Positions 50,410 to 59,756 of a DNA stretch of 64,000 nt are shown in pieces (the first letter of the stretch is position 1; each line of letters begins with the position of its first letter). Under the pieces are notes generated by a model. That model was not told where the DNA came from. It was given only the letters and a program-made list of their open reading frames with translations, and ran no database searches. Origin of the DNA: an uncultured Lachnospiraceae bacterium. Its GTDB lineage: Bacteria; Bacillota; Clostridia; Lachnospirales; Lachnospiraceae. The stretch is from contig USJG01000001.1 of NCBI GenBank assembly GCA_900554925.1, forward strand, positions 21,182 through 85,181. Direction: 5' to 3'. Made by a program: the position numbers and the translations under genes.

Positions 50410-51753
50410 ATGGAATCCAATATTCTTCTTTTTTTGGCTTTTTCAGGGATTGCGTTGATAATATATTATATCCTACCCTGCGGCATAAGAAAGTATTTAT
50501 TATTAGCGTATAGTTTCATGTTTTATTTCATATGCGATTTTGGTTTTGCATGGTTAATCTTGCTGTTGACCTTGTGGAGTTTCTATTACGGAAAGTTTCT
50601 TGTATCTGGCAGCAGAATACGGATTGCAGGTGGTATTATTCCGGTAATTTTAATTTTGTGTATTTTTAAAATGCAATTTTTGTTTTGCAGAGGCAATATT
50701 GGGATCATGCCGCTTGGATTGTCATATTACAGTTTTAAGATTATCAGCTATTTAGCGGATGTATACAGGAAGAAGAGAAAACCGGAAGAGAACCTTGTGG
50801 ATTATGCGGTTTACGTGAGTTTGTTTACACAGATCATATGCGGTCCTATTTCCCGGTCAGAAGAAATAACCGAACAGCTAAAGCAGAAAATGAAATATAA
50901 CTCAGACCTGTTTGCGCAAGGGATCTTGTTGATTATTTCCGGATTATATAAGAAAATGGTAATTGCAGACCGCTTAAGCGGATATGTAAATACTGTTTTT
51001 GGAAATTACCGCAATTATTCCGGTTTGACATTATGGATGGGGGCATTCTGCTATACAATACAGATTTATTGCGATTTTGCAGGCTATTCGGAAATCGTAA
51101 TAGGGGTAACAAATTTATTTGGAATAACATGCAGAAAGAACTTTGACATGCCGTATTTTTCGGGAAGCATTGGGGAATTTTGGAGAAGATGGCATATTTC
51201 CCTGTCTTCTTTCTTAAGAGATTATGTATATATTCCGTTAGGCGGCAATCGATGCAGTCGTATCAGAAAAAAGATAAATATACTTTGTACATTCATAATA
51301 AGCGGTTTCTGGCATGGAGAAGGGTTTAAGTATCTGGCCTGGGGAATCTGGCATGGATTATGGAATCTGGTGGAAGATAACCAAAAGGATAAACATAAAA
51401 TTATTAAAACATTTCTGACTTTTATATGTGTTATGTTGGGATGGGTTTTGTTTAGGGCGGATAGTATCAGGGACGCCGGAGGCTTTATATCAGGAATGTT
51501 TTGCCGCCTGACAATTACACCGAATGCAGTAATAGAAACAATTCTGCCCTTTACTGGTGATTATAGCTGCCTTGCTGTTTTTAGCAGTATTATGTTGTGC
51601 ATAGTTATCCTGGCAATATTTGAATGGAGAGCGCTGTATGCAGCAAAGCTGGATAATGAAAAGGAAAATAAAGTACGTTCTATTATATATCTTGCAGCAA
51701 TTGTGTTTTTTGCGTCTGTAGGGCAGAATAGTTTTTTATATGCAAACTATTAA
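50410..51753 (+). CDS. MBOAT O-acyltransferase (AlgI/DltB-like)
   Basis: PLGLSYYSFK, CGPISR, KKMVIAD, QIYCDFAGY, NFDMPY, FWRRWHISLS, SGFWHG. Confidence 0.92.
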   Translation: MESNILLFLAFSGIALIIYYILPCGIRKYLLLAYSFMFYFICDFGFAWLILLLTLWSFYYGKFLVSGSRIRIAGGIIPVILILCIFKMQFLFCRGNIGIMPLGLSYYSFKIISYLADVYRKKRKPEENLVDYAVYVSLFTQIICGPISRSEEITEQLKQKMKYNSDLFAQGILLIISGLYKKMVIADRLSGYVNTVFGNYRNYSGLTLWMGAFCYTIQIYCDFAGYSEIVIGVTNLFGITCRKNFDMPYFSGSIGEFWRRWHISLSSFLRDYVYIPLGGNRCSRIRKKINILCTFIISGFWHGEGFKYLAWGIWHGLWNLVEDNQKDKHKIIKTFLTFICVMLGWVLFRADSIRDAGGFISGMFCRLTITPNAVIETILPFTGDYSCLAVFSSIMLCIVILAIFEWRALYAAKLDNEKENKVRSIIYLAAIVFFASVGQNSFLYANY

Positions 51754-52740
51754 GTGAGAATTGTCATGAGAAAACATGGTAAATGGATTGTAACTACATT
51801 AATAATATGCACAATAATTCTTTGGGTTAAAGGGGAATTTACCCGTATACTGGTAAAAGATGCTAATTATGGGATGCAGGCAGCAATTAGCTGTGGCTCC
51901 ATTGATTTTCTTTTTCTGGGTTCTTCTATGTTCCGGCAGGGAATAGACATCTATGAATTAGAGGAAGGGTATGGAGAGAATTGCTATGTGTTATCCTATA
52001 ATGGTAATCAGCCGGCCTCAGAGTTGCTTCAGCTGGAATATTTGTTAAAACATGGCGTGGCTATCCGCACACTATATTTAGATATGTATGCCTATGGAGC
52101 CAGCAAGGAACCTTCCATAAGTGATGAAAAGATATTTTTGGAAATGGATCTTAAGGAAAAATGGAAATATTGGAATATGATTCGAAATACGACAGGGGTT
52201 GGAGCAGAAGAATTTTGGAATATTTTTGTCACATCCAACAACGATCAATTGCTGATTTGGCCTGTCAACAGCTATCTGATAAATCAACGTTTTCATAAAG
52301 GGGGAAATATTGCAGAGTCTGCTTCAGCTACGAGAGAAGAATTGGAACAGGATAAAATTATAAATACAGAAACAAGTATTAATGATATTCAACGGGAAGC
52401 GATTATGTCTATAGTGCAAATTGCCAGGGAAAATCAGATTAGAATTGTCTTTATTGAAACGCCTAAATATGCAACAGCGGTGCAGGACAATAATTACCAG
52501 GGGCTGATGAGACAATATCTGGAATTGCTGGATGAATTACAATGTGAATATCTGCTTTCCTCTGAGACTGCAAAGCAATTACAAATGACAGGAAAAACTG
52601 TTGTGTTTGACTCTGAAAATCCAGTGTATTTTACAGACAGCATGCATTTATCTTCCGAAGGGAGAAAGACATATACAAGTGAATTAATTAAGGTGATGTG
52701 GGAAAACGATGGTACAGAAGTTACAGGTTTGGAGAAATGA
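51754..52740 (+). CDS. Membrane-anchored SGNH-like protein (AlgJ/DltD-like acyl acceptor partner)
   Basis: N-terminal TM, FLGSS nucleophile motif, C-terminal FTDSMHLS (DxxH); abuts the MBOAT stop codon; an alternative ATG start lies at 51766. Confidence 0.65.
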   Translation: MRIVMRKHGKWIVTTLIICTIILWVKGEFTRILVKDANYGMQAAISCGSIDFLFLGSSMFRQGIDIYELEEGYGENCYVLSYNGNQPASELLQLEYLLKHGVAIRTLYLDMYAYGASKEPSISDEKIFLEMDLKEKWKYWNMIRNTTGVGAEEFWNIFVTSNNDQLLIWPVNSYLINQRFHKGGNIAESASATREELEQDKIINTETSINDIQREAIMSIVQIARENQIRIVFIETPKYATAVQDNNYQGLMRQYLELLDELQCEYLLSSETAKQLQMTGKTVVFDSENPVYFTDSMHLSSEGRKTYTSELIKVMWENDGTEVTGLEK

Positions 52741-53404
52741 ATATAAGTATTGGATTTCATATCCTGATAGTATATACTTAAAAGAGGATTTGAATAAACT
52801 TTTGATTCCGGACAGGTATTCGCTGGGCGGAGGTTATAAAGTGAGAAGTCTGTATTTTGATTCTATTAATAATATTGATTATATGCAGAAAATGTCCGGT
52901 GTGGAATTTCGAAAGAAGATAAGACTAAGAAGCTACGGAGAAGATACTGACAGCGTCAAATTGGAAATGAAGCAGAAACGTGGAAAATATCAGAAAAAGA
53001 GTAGTTTGATTTTGAACAGGCAGGATGCTGTTCATGTCCAAAATGGTAATTATGAGGTTTTGCTGAATCAGGAGGACGACACTGCGTTAGAGATATATTC
53101 TCTGCTAAAGCTGGGATGCTATCGTCCAGTAACATTAGTTGAATATGACCGTATGGCATATATATACCCGGAATTCAGCACCAGATTAACGATTGACCAG
53201 AATGTACGATGTTCCTGTACGGAACTTGATTTATTTCAGAAAAATGTCCGGTGGAATCCGGCAATTAATCGATATGCTATATTAGAGGTAAAATTTAATC
53301 AACATTTACTGAAAATGATTTCCAACGTGCTGGGTAAGTATGATCTGGACAACACTTCTATCAGTAAATATGGCTATAGCAGGGATATGGAATTGATATT
53401 ATAG
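52709..53404 (+). CDS. VTC-domain (TTM/CYTH) polyphosphate polymerase-like protein
   Basis: RNEYKY, YKVRSLYFDS, RKKIRLRSY, KLEMKQK, VEYDRMAY, RLTID, ILEVKF, SISKY. Confidence 0.85.
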   Translation: MVQKLQVWRNEYKYWISYPDSIYLKEDLNKLLIPDRYSLGGGYKVRSLYFDSINNIDYMQKMSGVEFRKKIRLRSYGEDTDSVKLEMKQKRGKYQKKSSLILNRQDAVHVQNGNYEVLLNQEDDTALEIYSLLKLGCYRPVTLVEYDRMAYIYPEFSTRLTIDQNVRCSCTELDLFQKNVRWNPAINRYAILEVKFNQHLLKMISNVLGKYDLDNTSISKYGYSRDMELIL

Positions 53405-53421
53405 TCAGAGAGGAAACAAGT

Positions 53422-54093
53422 ATGGGTAAACAAGATATTCTAGCATGGTTTGCGACTAATAGCGAGGGGCTTGACAGCAGTAGAATTTTAATGGTTATGT
53501 CCGTTGGGCTTTTAATGGCAGTAATTATTTTTATTACTTACCGGATCACATATACAGGAGTAAGCTATAACGCAAGATTTAATATTACAAACGTAATTGT
53601 ATTATTGGTTGCAGCAGTGATTATGCTTATGATCAGCAGTAACATTACAATATCATTAGGTATGGTTGGCGCATTATCTATTGTACGTTACCGAACAGCA
53701 GTGAAGGACCCTCATGACACAGTGTATATTTTCTGGTCTATTGTAGAGGGGCTTTGTGTCGGCGCGCAAATTTATAAGCTGGCTGTTATTTCCACTATTT
53801 TTATAGCTGTGTTATTAGTAGCAGCAAGCTTTTATACAAATGAGTTTTCTAAATATCTGATTATTATCAGAGGGAACAAACAAGTAAACTTAGATAATAT
53901 TAAACAAGTAATAGGGCAAAAGTATAGAAAATTTAAAATACGTAATGCAAGTATTTCTGAATTACAGTGTGAAATTATTTGTGAGGTGACATCCAGGAAA
54001 GATAATGACTATGAGCTTATGAAGGAAATCCAAAGTGTTGAAAATGTAATTTCAGTGAATTGGCTTTTAGAGAGTAGGGAAAACGTTGGATAA
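53422..54093 (+). CDS. DUF4956-family membrane protein
   Basis: ISSNITISLGMVGALSIVRYRTAVKDP, TM helices, C-terminal ACT-like soluble domain. Confidence 0.85.
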   Translation: MGKQDILAWFATNSEGLDSSRILMVMSVGLLMAVIIFITYRITYTGVSYNARFNITNVIVLLVAAVIMLMISSNITISLGMVGALSIVRYRTAVKDPHDTVYIFWSIVEGLCVGAQIYKLAVISTIFIAVLLVAASFYTNEFSKYLIIIRGNKQVNLDNIKQVIGQKYRKFKIRNASISELQCEIICEVTSRKDNDYELMKEIQSVENVISVNWLLESRENVG

Positions 54094-55531
54094 AAGGAAG
54101 AAGAGTATTCGGTTACTTTGGGGAACTGTTTTAATTATTTCACTGGCAGTATTTCTAATAGTAGTGTTTTTAGTAAATAGCCGTGATTTTATGGGGATGA
54201 GGATAGTTGGTGCAGGGGAATGGGAGAGAATTACTGCATCCAAGCCAATTATCCAGACTAATGAAATGGATCGGTGGATACAATTCAATGGAAACCAGAT
54301 ACCTTACGATAGTGAAAGCAATACCCTATATATCAGTCAAAATGCGGATGAATCCTTTTGGGAAGGAAAGTTTACTACAGTAGATAAAAACAGCCGGTTA
54401 ATTATAGTTAGTCAGGATTCTCTTTTTCAGAAGGCAGAAGCAATAAAGGAGAGTCAATTGTTTCATATTTATCTGGAGAAGGGAGATTATTGTTTAGAAG
54501 GGAATTTGATTTTTACAGGATTGCCGGTACTTTGTGTGGAAACAGATTGTACATGGTTGTACAATCCATACGATTCAGAGGTGCATAACTACAGTATCAA
54601 GAAAACTCAAAGCACTTATCGTATTACCGACTCCGGAAAGTATACATTGAAATTGTGGCATGAAGATACAGGAGAAAGCAACCGGGTTTCATATCTTGAC
54701 CTTGGAAAAAATTCAGAATGGAAATTACTGCCTATGGCCAGAGATAATAGCGCGCTGCGCAGCAGTGTTGCCATAGAATTCTGGAATCAAATAGGTGGCC
54801 GTGAGGAAGATGATTATAACTTTAAAGTGAAAGCCGATTATGCAGAAGTTTTGATCGACAGACAATACTGTGGATTATATCTAATGATGTGGCCACAGGA
54901 GCCCAAGGAGTTTGGGCTCAAGGAAGGAGATTATCTGTATAACTGTAAAGCTTCTTTAAAAAACAGCAATATAGAAGCATTGATCGCACAGGAGAAAATT
55001 GAAATTGAGGGCAGGCATGATGAAATAACTGATTCTGATTGGAAGCCATTGTATATTGGAAATCCGGAAATTGATAATTATATAGATTTTTTCCTGTTTC
55101 AGCAGCTAGTATATAATGCAGAAGGGTTAAATCGAAAAAAGTTATTATTTGCCCAGCAGATTAATGGAGGGGAAGATTACAGGCATTATCGAATTCCCAA
55201 TACATTTATAGATACATTTGGTTTACTTTCGACAAATTATCCGTATTATACGGAAGATTTGGATGGAGAGGTATTTTCCAGAGTACTTGAAGATTGGGAA
55301 TTGGAGGAGTTAACCTTTGATGAAACCTTGCTGACAGACAGATGGCAGCAACTAAAAAGCGAAGGGATGACGGTAGAAAATGCAGTGGGATTTGCCGAAA
55401 ACAAAAGGGAATACCTTATAAAAAGCGGTGTTTTCATTAGAAACAGTGCGATATACAATGAAAGATTCAGCAGAGAAGTTATTGAATTTATAAAAGACAG
55501 ATTTAAGATGATGGATGAATTATATGGATAG
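54086..55531 (+). CDS. Degenerate CotH-like protein (probable pseudokinase)
   Basis: N-terminal TM, FTGLPVL, WKLLPM, EVLIDRQYCGLYLM and IDNYIDFFLFQQ resemble CotH; KGRGN and PWD motifs are absent. Confidence 0.6.
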   Translation: MDKRKKSIRLLWGTVLIISLAVFLIVVFLVNSRDFMGMRIVGAGEWERITASKPIIQTNEMDRWIQFNGNQIPYDSESNTLYISQNADESFWEGKFTTVDKNSRLIIVSQDSLFQKAEAIKESQLFHIYLEKGDYCLEGNLIFTGLPVLCVETDCTWLYNPYDSEVHNYSIKKTQSTYRITDSGKYTLKLWHEDTGESNRVSYLDLGKNSEWKLLPMARDNSALRSSVAIEFWNQIGGREEDDYNFKVKADYAEVLIDRQYCGLYLMMWPQEPKEFGLKEGDYLYNCKASLKNSNIEALIAQEKIEIEGRHDEITDSDWKPLYIGNPEIDNYIDFFLFQQLVYNAEGLNRKKLLFAQQINGGEDYRHYRIPNTFIDTFGLLSTNYPYYTEDLDGEVFSRVLEDWELEELTFDETLLTDRWQQLKSEGMTVENAVGFAENKREYLIKSGVFIRNSAIYNERFSREVIEFIKDRFKMMDELYG

Positions 55532-57341
55532 ATTAAAAAGCAACAGGCGGCTATGGAACTGTATTATATATATGTTAATTGCAGTGGTTGGATGTATTGC
55601 AGTGGTTTTTCTGATCGGACAATTACGTTCTGACGATCAAGCGGAAATATCTTCTGATATGGATTCGGATGAAAGTATTGTACAAAGTCTGGAACAAGTG
55701 GAAGAAATCTATTATCCACAGGGAATATATGTGGAATTAGGAAGTACTGATTCTCATCCAGTTCAAATGTTTCAAAGAGATAAGCAATGTTATTTTTTGC
55801 TGCCCTCCTGTGCAACAGAGGCTGAGCTTTCCCTGTATTATAAAGACGATTACAAATTAAGCATTAATGGAGAGTATTTTGATAATGGAGCTGTAATTTC
55901 TGATATAGCGTGGGGAAAAACAAATACACTGGTTATTGAACAGGAAGATAAAACATATGAATATGAACTTGTATTTTTGCATTCTGAGAATATACCTGCT
56001 GTGTTTGTAAATACCAAGTCAGGAAACATGGAACATATATACGAGGAAAAGGGAAATGGGGAGCCTGGGAATGTTACAATTTTGCTGCAGGATGGAACAG
56101 AAAATTATGCGGGAAGTATGGAAAAAATCAAGGGAAGAGGAAACTATTCATGGTCAAGAAGCAAGAAATCGTTTGTCATGACGCTGGAGAACGCGTCTGA
56201 TCTTTTAAACATGGGAGAAGCATATAAGTGGATATTACTGGCTAACGTGGATGATGGTTCTTATATGCGTAATAAAATTACCTTTGATGTAGCAAGAGAG
56301 CTTGGCATTGAATATGTGACAGATGCAGAATTTGTAGATCTTTATTTGAACGGTGAATATGCAGGAAGTTATTATTTGTGTGAAAAGATAGAGGTTGCCC
56401 CGGGGAGAGTTTATCTACAGGAAGGAAGCACACAGAACTATATGATTGAATTGGACAATTATCTGGGTGAGGATTCAACCTTTATTTCGGATTCGGGAGT
56501 TAAGGTATCCATTCATTTTCCGGAGAATGCTACCGAGGAGCAGAATGCTGAAATTGCACAATTGTTTCAAAAGATTGAAAACGCAGTGCTTGCGGAAGAC
56601 GGAATTGATCCGCTAACAGGCAAATATTATACAGAGCTGATTGATGTTGATGGATTAACTAAGAGATACCTGATTGACGAAATGGGTAAACTGGATGATG
56701 GATGGGATGGAAGCAGTTATTGGTATACCAGGGATGATGGAAAATTGTATGCAGGACCGGTATGGGACTATGAACTTAGCCTTGGAAATGTCCCCCCCTG
56801 GTTTGCGGGTGATGAAAATCCGCAGGGACTTAGAGAAATAAAAATTTCCAATTGGTATGCAGCCTTATATCAAAAAGAAGATTTTTATGAAAATATGGTA
56901 GAAACATATAATTCACAAATGGTTCCAATACTTAATACTATGTTGGAGATACGAATTGATGAATATGCAGAAGAAATTAAAGCGTCAGCGCAAATGGACA
57001 GCGTTATTTATCAAGGAGAAAATTTTTATTTACCCTATAAAAGCCTGGACGGACAGGTTAAGGCCCTTAAATCATTTATTGAAAAGAGGATGGAGTTTTT
57101 AGATGAAATCTGGAATCAGGGGATGATTTATCACGAAGTGCGCCTGGAATCGGAGGGAAGTGGTGTTATAACATATTATTATGTGAAGGATGGAGAATGT
57201 TTGGACACATTGCCATATCTTTTCGAAGATGGCAGCAGTTTTACAGGATGGTATTATCAAAATGGGCAGAAATTCAGCCCTTTCTATCCGGTCTATGAAG
57301 ATATGACTATTATTGGAAAGTGGAATGAAGAGAATGGATGA
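55515..57341 (+). CDS. CotH kinase family protein, membrane-anchored, with C-terminal InlB B-repeat-like segment
   Basis: KIKGRGNYSW, KKSF, WILLAN, MRNKI, DLYLNGEYAGSYYLCE, AGPVWDYELSLG; C-terminal FTGWYY...DMTIIGKW. Confidence 0.85.
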   Translation: MNYMDRLKSNRRLWNCIIYMLIAVVGCIAVVFLIGQLRSDDQAEISSDMDSDESIVQSLEQVEEIYYPQGIYVELGSTDSHPVQMFQRDKQCYFLLPSCATEAELSLYYKDDYKLSINGEYFDNGAVISDIAWGKTNTLVIEQEDKTYEYELVFLHSENIPAVFVNTKSGNMEHIYEEKGNGEPGNVTILLQDGTENYAGSMEKIKGRGNYSWSRSKKSFVMTLENASDLLNMGEAYKWILLANVDDGSYMRNKITFDVARELGIEYVTDAEFVDLYLNGEYAGSYYLCEKIEVAPGRVYLQEGSTQNYMIELDNYLGEDSTFISDSGVKVSIHFPENATEEQNAEIAQLFQKIENAVLAEDGIDPLTGKYYTELIDVDGLTKRYLIDEMGKLDDGWDGSSYWYTRDDGKLYAGPVWDYELSLGNVPPWFAGDENPQGLREIKISNWYAALYQKEDFYENMVETYNSQMVPILNTMLEIRIDEYAEEIKASAQMDSVIYQGENFYLPYKSLDGQVKALKSFIEKRMEFLDEIWNQGMIYHEVRLESEGSGVITYYYVKDGECLDTLPYLFEDGSSFTGWYYQNGQKFSPFYPVYEDMTIIGKWNEENG

Positions 57342-57786
57342 GGATAAGATAATGATAAAAAGAATTATGGATGAAAACAGGGAACTGGCGATAGTTATAA
57401 GAAATGATTATCATGAAGAAGGAATTCATTTTTTGACAGAAGGAGATTATTCACAACAATTAGCATATATGCATCACCCAAAAGGGAAGATTATTGATGC
57501 ACATATCCATAATCATGAAGAAAGAAGTATTGTTTTGACTCAGGAAGTGCTGATGATCAAAAAGGGGATTCTGAGAGTAGATTTTTACAAAGAAAATTAT
57601 TCGTATTTAGAGAGCATATTGCTGTATGCAGGCGATATTATTCTTCTTGCATCGGGAGGTCATGGATTTGAAGTGATCGAGGAAGTGGAAATGGTAGAAA
57701 TCAAACAGGGACCATATTTAGGGGAACGAGACAAAACCAGATTTAAAGGTATAGATGCTTCTGAGGTTGTAATTCAAGGAGAATAA
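57334..57786 (+). CDS. Cupin-fold protein (WbuC-like)
   Basis: AHIHN, TQEVL, GGHGF, EIKQGPY. Confidence 0.65.
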   Translation: MDEDKIMIKRIMDENRELAIVIRNDYHEEGIHFLTEGDYSQQLAYMHHPKGKIIDAHIHNHEERSIVLTQEVLMIKKGILRVDFYKENYSYLESILLYAGDIILLASGGHGFEVIEEVEMVEIKQGPYLGERDKTRFKGIDASEVVIQGE

Positions 57787-57790
57787 TCAT

Positions 57791-58963
57791 ATGAAAAAAA
57801 TAGCAGTTTATCTTACAGGAAGGCCTGATAATGGTGGCTCATACCAATACTGGAGGGCAGTACTAAAGGCGTTGGCGCAAATTGACAGAAGCAAATATCG
57901 TGTAACAGTATACTCTCCATATAAAGATTGGGAAAATATTGCTGATAAATTGGGTGTAAGTTTTCAATCAGTGTATAATAATTTGAACACTATTCAAAAA
58001 ATATTTGTCTATGGTTTTCCAAGACTGCTGCCCAAATGTATGATTAAAAAATTTAGTATTTTATGGGATCCTTTTGTGAAAGAGCTAAAAAAAGATAAGC
58101 CAGATTTATGGATTGGGCAAACCACTGCAATAGGAGAAGAATTACTGGAAATTCCTACAATAATACCTATTTTTGACTTGATGCACAGGTATCGCAGAGA
58201 TATCACCGAATTACAAGAAAAATATAAAGAGAGAGAAAAATTATATACTTATCAATGTAAACATGCTGCCATGATACTTGTAGATTCGGAAGTTGGAAAG
58301 CAGCATGTTTTGGAATGCTATGGAGGCGTTGCAGAGGATTTAACGGATAAAATTCGTATATTGCCTTTTATTCCGCCAGATTATATTTATGAAGAACAGA
58401 AGAGCATGGAATTTGACCATGAAATTTTTGATAAATATATTTTTTATCCAGCCCAGTTTTGGACACATAAAAATCATAAGCGTCTTTTGGAAGCGATTAA
58501 ACAGCTCAAAAATAGAGGGATTATTGTAAATCTGATATTAGTTGGATCCGAACAAAATAATGAGAGAGCGGTAGCGGATTTAATTAATGATTATGGACTT
58601 CAAGATCAGGTGAAAATTTTGGGATATGTGAATAATTCCGAGATGATTTATCTATACAAGCATGCCCGGGCATTAGTTATGCCTACTTTGTTCGGGCCAA
58701 CCAATATTCCACAGTTAGAGGCCTTTGAACTTGGATGTCCGGTAGCAACTTCTAATATTTATGGTATACCTGAACAGGTGGGAGATGCTGCCCTTTTATT
58801 TAATCCTGAGAGTGTGGATGAAATTGCAGGATGTATTGAAAAACTGTGGGAAGATGACAAACTTTGCACTGAATTAATAGAAAAAGGAGAAAAAAGAGCA
58901 GCAAAGTGGGGGCAAAAGGAGTTTACAGAAATTTTATTAGAATATATTAGTGAAATGATATGA
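57791..58963 (+). CDS. GT4 glycosyltransferase
   Basis: FYPAQFWTHKNH, MPTLFGPTNIPQLEAF, EQVGDAAL. Confidence 0.88.
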   Translation: MKKIAVYLTGRPDNGGSYQYWRAVLKALAQIDRSKYRVTVYSPYKDWENIADKLGVSFQSVYNNLNTIQKIFVYGFPRLLPKCMIKKFSILWDPFVKELKKDKPDLWIGQTTAIGEELLEIPTIIPIFDLMHRYRRDITELQEKYKEREKLYTYQCKHAAMILVDSEVGKQHVLECYGGVAEDLTDKIRILPFIPPDYIYEEQKSMEFDHEIFDKYIFYPAQFWTHKNHKRLLEAIKQLKNRGIIVNLILVGSEQNNERAVADLINDYGLQDQVKILGYVNNSEMIYLYKHARALVMPTLFGPTNIPQLEAFELGCPVATSNIYGIPEQVGDAALLFNPESVDEIAGCIEKLWEDDKLCTELIEKGEKRAAKWGQKEFTEILLEYISEMI

Positions 58964-58981
58964 AATAAGAGGAGTACAAAA

Positions 58982-59746
58982 ATGGAAGTGTTTAAGGATT
59001 ATGCATATTATTACAATCTGTTTTATGGCGATAAGGATTATGCTAATGAAGCCAACCAGGTAAAAAAGTTAATAGGTAAGTTCGGAGGCGATAAAAAGAT
59101 TTCTACAATCCTTAATATGGGGTGTGGAACTGGAAGGCATGACTTTGAATTGTGTAAATTGGGATATAGGACAAGCGGTATTGATATTAGCGAAGGAATG
59201 ATAGAGATTGCCAACAGGACAAAAGAAAAGTCGTACTATAATCCGGACTTTAAAGTGGCAGATATCAGAGATTATGAACCAGTTAAAAAGTATGATGCAG
59301 TTATATCTATGTTTCATGTGATAAGCTATCAAAATGAAAACGAAGACGTGTTGAAGGCATTTGGAACAGCGTCAAAGGCACTTGATCCAGGCGGCCTGTT
59401 TATTTTTGATGTGTGGTATGGCCCAGGGGTACTGACAGATAAGCCAGCAGTACGAGTGAAACAAGTGGAAGATAGTGATAATATTTTGATTCGTTATGCC
59501 AATCCGATTATGCACGTGGATAAAAATGTAGTTGATGTATGCTATGATGTGCTTATTATTGATAAAAAGAATTTTACAGTAAAGGAAATTAAAGAAGTGC
59601 ATAATATGAGATATTTCTTTGCACCGGAAATAGAGCTTATGCTGGAAAACTCAGGGTTTACCTTGACAGCATGTTTGGATTGTAATACTCTTGAAAAGAC
59701 GGATTTTAATAGCTGGACAGCATATTTTATTGCTGTTAAGAAATGA
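58982..59746 (+). CDS. Class I SAM methyltransferase, TylM1/DesVI-like (sugar N-methyltransferase)
   Basis: YYNLFYGDKDYANEA, MGCGTGRH, DIRDY, MFHVISYQ, PGGLFIFD. Confidence 0.75.
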   Translation: MEVFKDYAYYYNLFYGDKDYANEANQVKKLIGKFGGDKKISTILNMGCGTGRHDFELCKLGYRTSGIDISEGMIEIANRTKEKSYYNPDFKVADIRDYEPVKKYDAVISMFHVISYQNENEDVLKAFGTASKALDPGGLFIFDVWYGPGVLTDKPAVRVKQVEDSDNILIRYANPIMHVDKNVVDVCYDVLIIDKKNFTVKEIKEVHNMRYFFAPEIELMLENSGFTLTACLDCNTLEKTDFNSWTAYFIAVKK

Positions 59747-59756
59747 GGAGAAAAGT

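Noticed and set aside
56792..56798. C7 homopolymer in the CotH gene (also A8 near 24604) as phase-variation tracts
   Set aside because: Too short to imply slipped-strand switching; the ORFs are intact and no long tracts were seen in the fucosyltransferase genes.
54086..57341. Reading the CotH genes as a spore-coat locus
   Set aside because: No cotB/cotG-like substrates or sporulation genes are nearby; both proteins have N-terminal membrane anchors and lie within a glycan operon.
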